Assembly (NCBI RefSeq): GCF_018977255.1
Contig: NW_024704750.1
Location: 4,092,001 to 4,156,000 of the forward strand
Length of the DNA: 64,000 bases
From: Callorhinchus milii
Taxonomy: Eukaryota
Direction: 5' to 3'
In this document: positions 60,201-64,000 of the stretch, piece by piece
Layout: each line of letters opens with the position of its first letter
Numbering within the stretch: position 1 is the first letter of the stretch
Notes under the pieces: model-generated
Database searches by the model: none
Told to the model about the DNA's origin: nothing
The model's input: the letters and a program-made list of their open reading frames with translations, nothing else
Position numbers and translations under genes: made by a program

Positions 60201-63200
60201 TATATTGTTATAATAATTCTCGCATCTGATATAGCGCCTTATCACGTCTTGAAGACGTCTCAAAGCACTTCATAGGATACATTGTAAAGTGAATTGACTT
60301 GTATATTTTGTGGGTAAAATGTGGCAGCCAGTTGCATACAGCAGTGTCCCACAACCAGTCGTGGATTGAGTGACCAAATTGTTTTTAAGGGATTATTACC
60401 CCTGGAAAAGTGATCCACCAATCGACTAACAATCAGGTTCCTACTTACAGAGGCGCGTGGAGTAAGGAAACTTCCCCAACTTTCGCCCTGCCTGGGAATC
60501 ACACCCAAATCTTCTTGCTTGCCAGCCGAGTGCTCTAATCACTAAGCTACAGGACTCCACAAATTGTGTCTGATGGACAGTCAAAACTTTGAGAAAGAAT
60601 GGAGATTGCACTGATTTCGGTTCCTGCTAAAAGATCTGTATTTTGATGACATACTACAGTGGTAGATAATAAGCGTGAGAGTTTAGAATGGCATAGCAGC
60701 ATATCAATCATTCACAGGTCTATTTGTTGAAAAGATAAGAAATACTGGAAAATAATTACAGCACTCAAGGGGACAAGTACACCCTTTTTTGTTGTGAGAG
60801 ATGCAAGAAGTAAAGAAGTTCTGAATAAATTGATTGTGAACGATCTTTTAACCATTGGAAATGCATCATCAGAAGAGCCTAATGGACACCAACAAGGCAA
60901 ATTATTACCAAGCTAGTCTGGTGAAGTGCCAGTTTACAGTGAGAACACTATGAAGATGGGATGTATGCTTATTATCCTATATCCTTTGTTCCTCTCCTTT
61001 CTCTCTTTGGTACTCTCTTTCCCTTACGTTCTTATATTCCTCATCTTCATGCTGTCTCACATGTAACATCACTATGAGATTTCTTCCTTCCACATGTATG
61101 CTGATAATACCCAACTCTACCTCTCATCGTATTTATTTGTAGCATGACTAGATCTAATTATTGCAATATATGGGTCACTTAAATAGGATTAGTTTTAATA
61201 ATTCTTGCATTTGATATAGCGCCTTATGTCTTCAAGACATCTCAAAACGCTTCACAGAATATACTGTAAAGTGTAGTGGCTGTGTATTTTGTGGGCGAAA
61301 TTCATTTTTCTAATTGAATTAAGCTGTAACACTCTTGGTTTTGCTTTTAGGTTTTGAAAGCATTCACAAGGCGTCTTATCCAGATTGGAGCCTTATTTAA
61401 TAAAGATATAACAAGTTTAACTAAGTATCAGATTGTTCTTGCACGGGAACATTTCAGAAGAGATCCACCAGTGAATATGATAGTAAGTAATATGCTTGTC
61501 CTTGTTACTGTGGGGTTTTTGCTATGTACAGCTGAACATTTGGCATTTGTAAGACAAAAGTTCTAATTTGGACACTCGGTTTTGATTTGTGAAAATGTTG
61601 ATCTCTCTTGATTTTATGTTTTAAACTTTTGATTCCTTGAGCATCATACAGAGCAACGTCAGGATCAGGAAGGTTGGAGGGCAGTGGGGGAAGGAGGGTG
61701 ATTGAAAACAATGTTGAAGAGGAGGTCCTTGAGTTGGGTCTTGAAGGAGGCAAGGGAGGGGGTTAGGCAGGAGGACTGCAGGATGGAGTTCCAGAGGGTG
61801 GGGGCAGAGTGGCTGAAGGCCCACCCGCCAATGGTGGGGCGGGTGAGGTGGGGGATGTGAAGCAAGTTGGAGCCCACTGAGTGGAGGGAGCGGGCAGGTT
61901 GTTAGGCAGTTGGGAGGTCACAGAGGTAGGGGGGAGTAATGTCATCGAGGGATTTAATGGTGAGGACCAGGATCTTGAACTGTATCCTCTGTGTGATGGG
62001 AAGCCGGTGGAGTCAGGTGAGGATGGGGGTGATAGGGACAGTAACAAGCTCTAATTTCTCAATGTTGTGGGAGAAGAAGAGGGCTAAGCAAAACTATTCT
62101 ACAGAAATATACCAGTACAGAGAATTTTTCTAATATATAATCTCATTCTTAGAAGTGTGATTTAGCTTTAAATCTACATCTGTTCTGTTTTCAAAATCTA
62201 GGTTAACTGTATTCTTAATCTGCAGAATGCAAAATTCTGCATAGCCATTGTAGATGACTACATCGATGAAGGTGCAGAATAATTGTCTTCTACATTGTCT
62301 TGTCAAACAGACCACAGAACAATCTGCCAGAGGGAAATGGCTAGGGATTTATAATAAAACTATAAAGACAGTAACAGTGGAAAAGCAGGTTAATCCTTCA
62401 GCAATGTATAGCTATGTACAGGTTTGAAGAAATGTATTTTGAGCAACATCAGTTTTCATCCTCATCAAAATCTAACCTTAAAGATAAATTGGGCTGCTTG
62501 CTTGTGCAGTGGACAATTTGTACATAGGCCGTTATCAAATCTGTATTGCTGTTAGACCTAATGTTCTTATGCATTATGTTCGCCTAACATATTTGGCATG
62601 CAACATGTTAGGGAATGTGAGGAAAAGTATTGTAGATTTATCTGTCTGTCCTGCCTAATATTTGGTGTTTCTGTCAGGCAGCTCAACGAGGCATGATGGA
62701 AGGAGATTTTGCTCTTTGCATTAGCCTTTATCATGGATACGAACTTCTATTGCAAATGGGAACACGATCCTTATATATCTACCTCAAAGGTATCATCGAT
62801 GGCTCTAAAGGTAAGTATTTAATGGAAATAAATTAAACCACATCAACGAGTTTACCCCTCTTTTCTTCTATTTTTATACATAATTTCCTTTTAGCAAAGC
62901 ATTGGATTGAATACACCCACATAACAACTCTCATAATTAGTCTCTGCACAATTTATAGATATGTAACTGTGGGTAATTTGTCTAGAATGCTCACGCTGGA
63001 AATTCAATTGATTGGCAAAGTTTATAGCCTTAATAATGTCCTTATTATACGGCATAACGTTTCTATAACTTGTCTGTGGTATGTACTGTGTGAGGTAGTA
63101 GAAGACATTCTCCAGATGTAGAACACTTGTCAGATCTTGGAATGGGCTTTGTAGGGCTTCATAGAGAGTCAAGTTGAGCAAAATAATGTCCGAAATGAAT

Positions 63201-63871
63201 TTCTGTCAAGTAATTCTTTCAACAGTGCAAGAGATCTGCCAAAATGTAGATGAAAGAGTGGGTCTGGATGAGCCTGTTCTTGTCCTGTTGCTTTGTCTGA
63301 TCTTTCTGTGAGGGTTTGACATTAGTCCCAACTGTTTTTTGGGATCCTCAGAAATGACAGTTGTCATCAGAACATAATTTGTGTTTTTGTTTTGAATAAA
63401 CAGCATCTGTTTGTGATCACAATTTGTTTGGATCACAATCTCAAAAAACATTCAATTCGATAAACCAGAATGCATTCTGATCTTACTGCTGGCTTGTGCC
63501 ATAAATGTCCATAATCTCAGATGAAGCATGATCTCCCCAATTTTCTCACTTTAATTGGGGATTTTTTTTGCTGAAGCTGTGAAAATATTATACTAGTTCT
63601 GTAATAGTGTCATTTTGAAAACAGGGTTATTAGAAAGGTTCAGGTTTGTTTTATTATACTGAGCGACTGTTCATATTTCGAGAAAGCTGAAATCTGTATT
63701 TTTAGAATAAAGTTGAAAAGAATTCAGAGAAGAAAATTTTTAAATTCTTAATGTTTTTGTTAGGTATGATACGAGCACGAAATGAACTCAACAAGAACAC
63801 CAATTTTATGATGATGTATCAACAGCTGGACACTCTGTTTGCAAACAGCAGTACACTCAATCCTATCGCAG
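39266..63871 (+). CDS. FANCM: Fanconi anemia group M DEAH helicase/translocase, exons 1-7 (gene continues beyond the window)
   Basis: Exons 39266-39803, 40499-40671, 41102-41179, 41507-41665, 61351-61482, 62678-62810 and 63764-63871 join in frame. MSGARQRTLYQSWG, WIYPTNYPVREYQ, LPTGLGKTFIAAV (Walker A), VVDEAHKALGNHAYCQ (DEAH), LALSATPG, EGDFALCISLYHGYELLLQMG. Confidence 0.96.
39850..40181 (-). mobile_element. Full-length tRNA-derived SINE with L2 tail
   Basis: Reverse complement shows the head (A and B boxes, TGC anticodon-like loop), body and tail. Confidence 0.9.
40690..41030 (+). mobile_element. L2 LINE 3' fragment (older)
   Basis: IGGCAFSHYALKLWNTLP..LKSFLF followed by a tail with (TTG)n. 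Confidence 0.75.
41941..42195 (+). mobile_element. Deu-domain-like tRNA-derived SINE (diverged)
   Basis: tRNA-like head (gagtcagaaggttgtg..ttcaagtccca) plus Deu-like core gaggtgc..ttcagatgttaaac.gagg..ctgttcaggtgaatgttaaagatcccat. Related fragments at ~9915-9995, 34290-34385 (-) and 55320-55430. Confidence 0.6.
44731..50413 (-). CDS. soul4: SOUL/heme-binding protein family member (soul4/HEBP1-like), 272 aa, nested antisense in FANCM intron 4
   Basis: Exons 50413-50185, 46582-46491, 46302-46161, 45563-45380 and 44902-44731 total 819 nt, with consistent phases. SOUL-domain motifs YEKRRYEKAKWACV, GFMKLMRYICGQNSSGLYLGMTLPIV, YHLPGQFQDQIPQP, YSNPAAPNHQNEIWF. The acidic N-terminus ITLEDL...RLFSYWQTIGRGHRVEVPREMAEPIQQLTRN resembles fish soul4; the symbol is from recollection. 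Confidence 0.88.
47585..47735 (+). mobile_element. CR1 LINE 3' end
   Basis: ggatattaagggatacggggcaagggcag..gatcagccatgatctta..gaatggc..ggggctgaatgacctactcctgtt is a CR1 3' terminus. Confidence 0.7.
48769..48957 (+). mobile_element. L2 3' UTR and tail fragment
   Basis: Highly similar to 1079-1235 and to the termini of the 7755-8527 element. Confidence 0.85.
49168..49505 (+). mobile_element. Full-length tRNA-derived SINE with L2 tail
   Basis: GAGTCCTGTAGCTCAGTGGTTAGAGCACTCGCTTTGCAAGCGAGAGACCTGAGTTCAATTCC head, body, tail and (TTA)n. Confidence 0.92.
50678..51559. other. Assembly gap (N run)
   Basis: 882 consecutive n characters. Confidence 1.
51560..51988. repeat. C/A-rich minisatellite (caccccacagcc(ac)n..., compound unit ~85 bp)
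   Basis: Tandem repeats abut the gap and probably caused it. Confidence 0.9.
52283..53390 (-). pseudogene. Partial duplication of SOUL gene exons 2-3 with flanking intron (copy of 46017-47126)
   Basis: ~1.1 kb near-identical direct copy at offset 6266. Exon copies 52848-52757 and 52568-52427 keep their splice sites; exon 2 has an IS-to-TG change. Confidence 0.8.
54559..54670. repeat. Perfect 53-bp inverted repeat with a 6-nt loop
   Basis: 54559-54611 is the exact reverse complement of 54618-54670; loop GCAGTA. Confidence 0.95.
57543..57885 (+). mobile_element. tRNA-derived SINE, longer or older subfamily
   Basis: Same head and tail plus an internal segment gcctctg..taagtaggaac.tggttgttagtc. 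Confidence 0.8.
60211..60560 (-). mobile_element. tRNA-derived SINE, longer or older subfamily
   Basis: Reverse complement of the 57543-type element. Confidence 0.8.
61675..62040 (-). mobile_element. L2 LINE 3' fragment
   Basis: TIGGWAFSHSAPTLWNSI..FKTQLK; similar to 5478-6025. Confidence 0.8.
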
Positions 63872-64000
63872 GTACCTTTGATGGTTAATGCTACACTTAT
63901 TTTACTGGGAGCTTTTGGCAGTTCAGTATCTAGTGAAGCGTTGGCAGGCAACTGATTCTTCTTCCTCTGCATTGCATTTATTTGGGGCTGTATTCCCCCC

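Noticed and set aside
63091-63101. let-7 microRNA (TGAGGTAGTAG)
   Set aside because: Only the first 11 nt match. The rest of the mature sequence and a downstream star arm are absent.
62891-63451. Two minus-strand ORFs (96 and 81 aa) in FANCM intron 6
   Set aside because: No recognisable domain or splice pattern; the lengths are compatible with chance.

Overview
Eukaryotic, intron-rich vertebrate DNA with one assembly gap (N run 50678-51559). The repeat content (L2 and CR1 LINE remnants, a tRNA-derived SINE sharing the L2 tail, Deu-domain SINEs) suggests a cartilaginous fish such as Callorhinchus; this is an inference. I assembled exon structures by hand from splice sites and protein similarity. 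Gene order: 3' end of TOGARAM1 (+), PRPF39 (+), FAU (+), FKBP3 (-, last intron U12-type), a secreted 4-coding-exon clade-A/V2-type serpin (-), and FANCM exons 1-7 (+, runs off the window). A complete SOUL/HEBP-family gene (soul4-like, -) is nested antisense in FANCM intron 4. The backbone matches the human 14q21 block (TOGARAM1-PRPF39-FKBP3-FANCM) with three extra genes. Most notable: the serpin sits between FKBP3 and FANCM, has a heparin-cofactor-II-like reactive loop and a liver-type promoter; the nested SOUL gene has a near-identical upstream copy of its phase-symmetric exons 2-3; PRPF39 has candidate poison exons in intron 3 and a probable homopolymer frameshift error in exon 13; there are two long perfect inverted repeats and two DNA-transposon relics. 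No prokaryote-type systems such as CRISPR are present.
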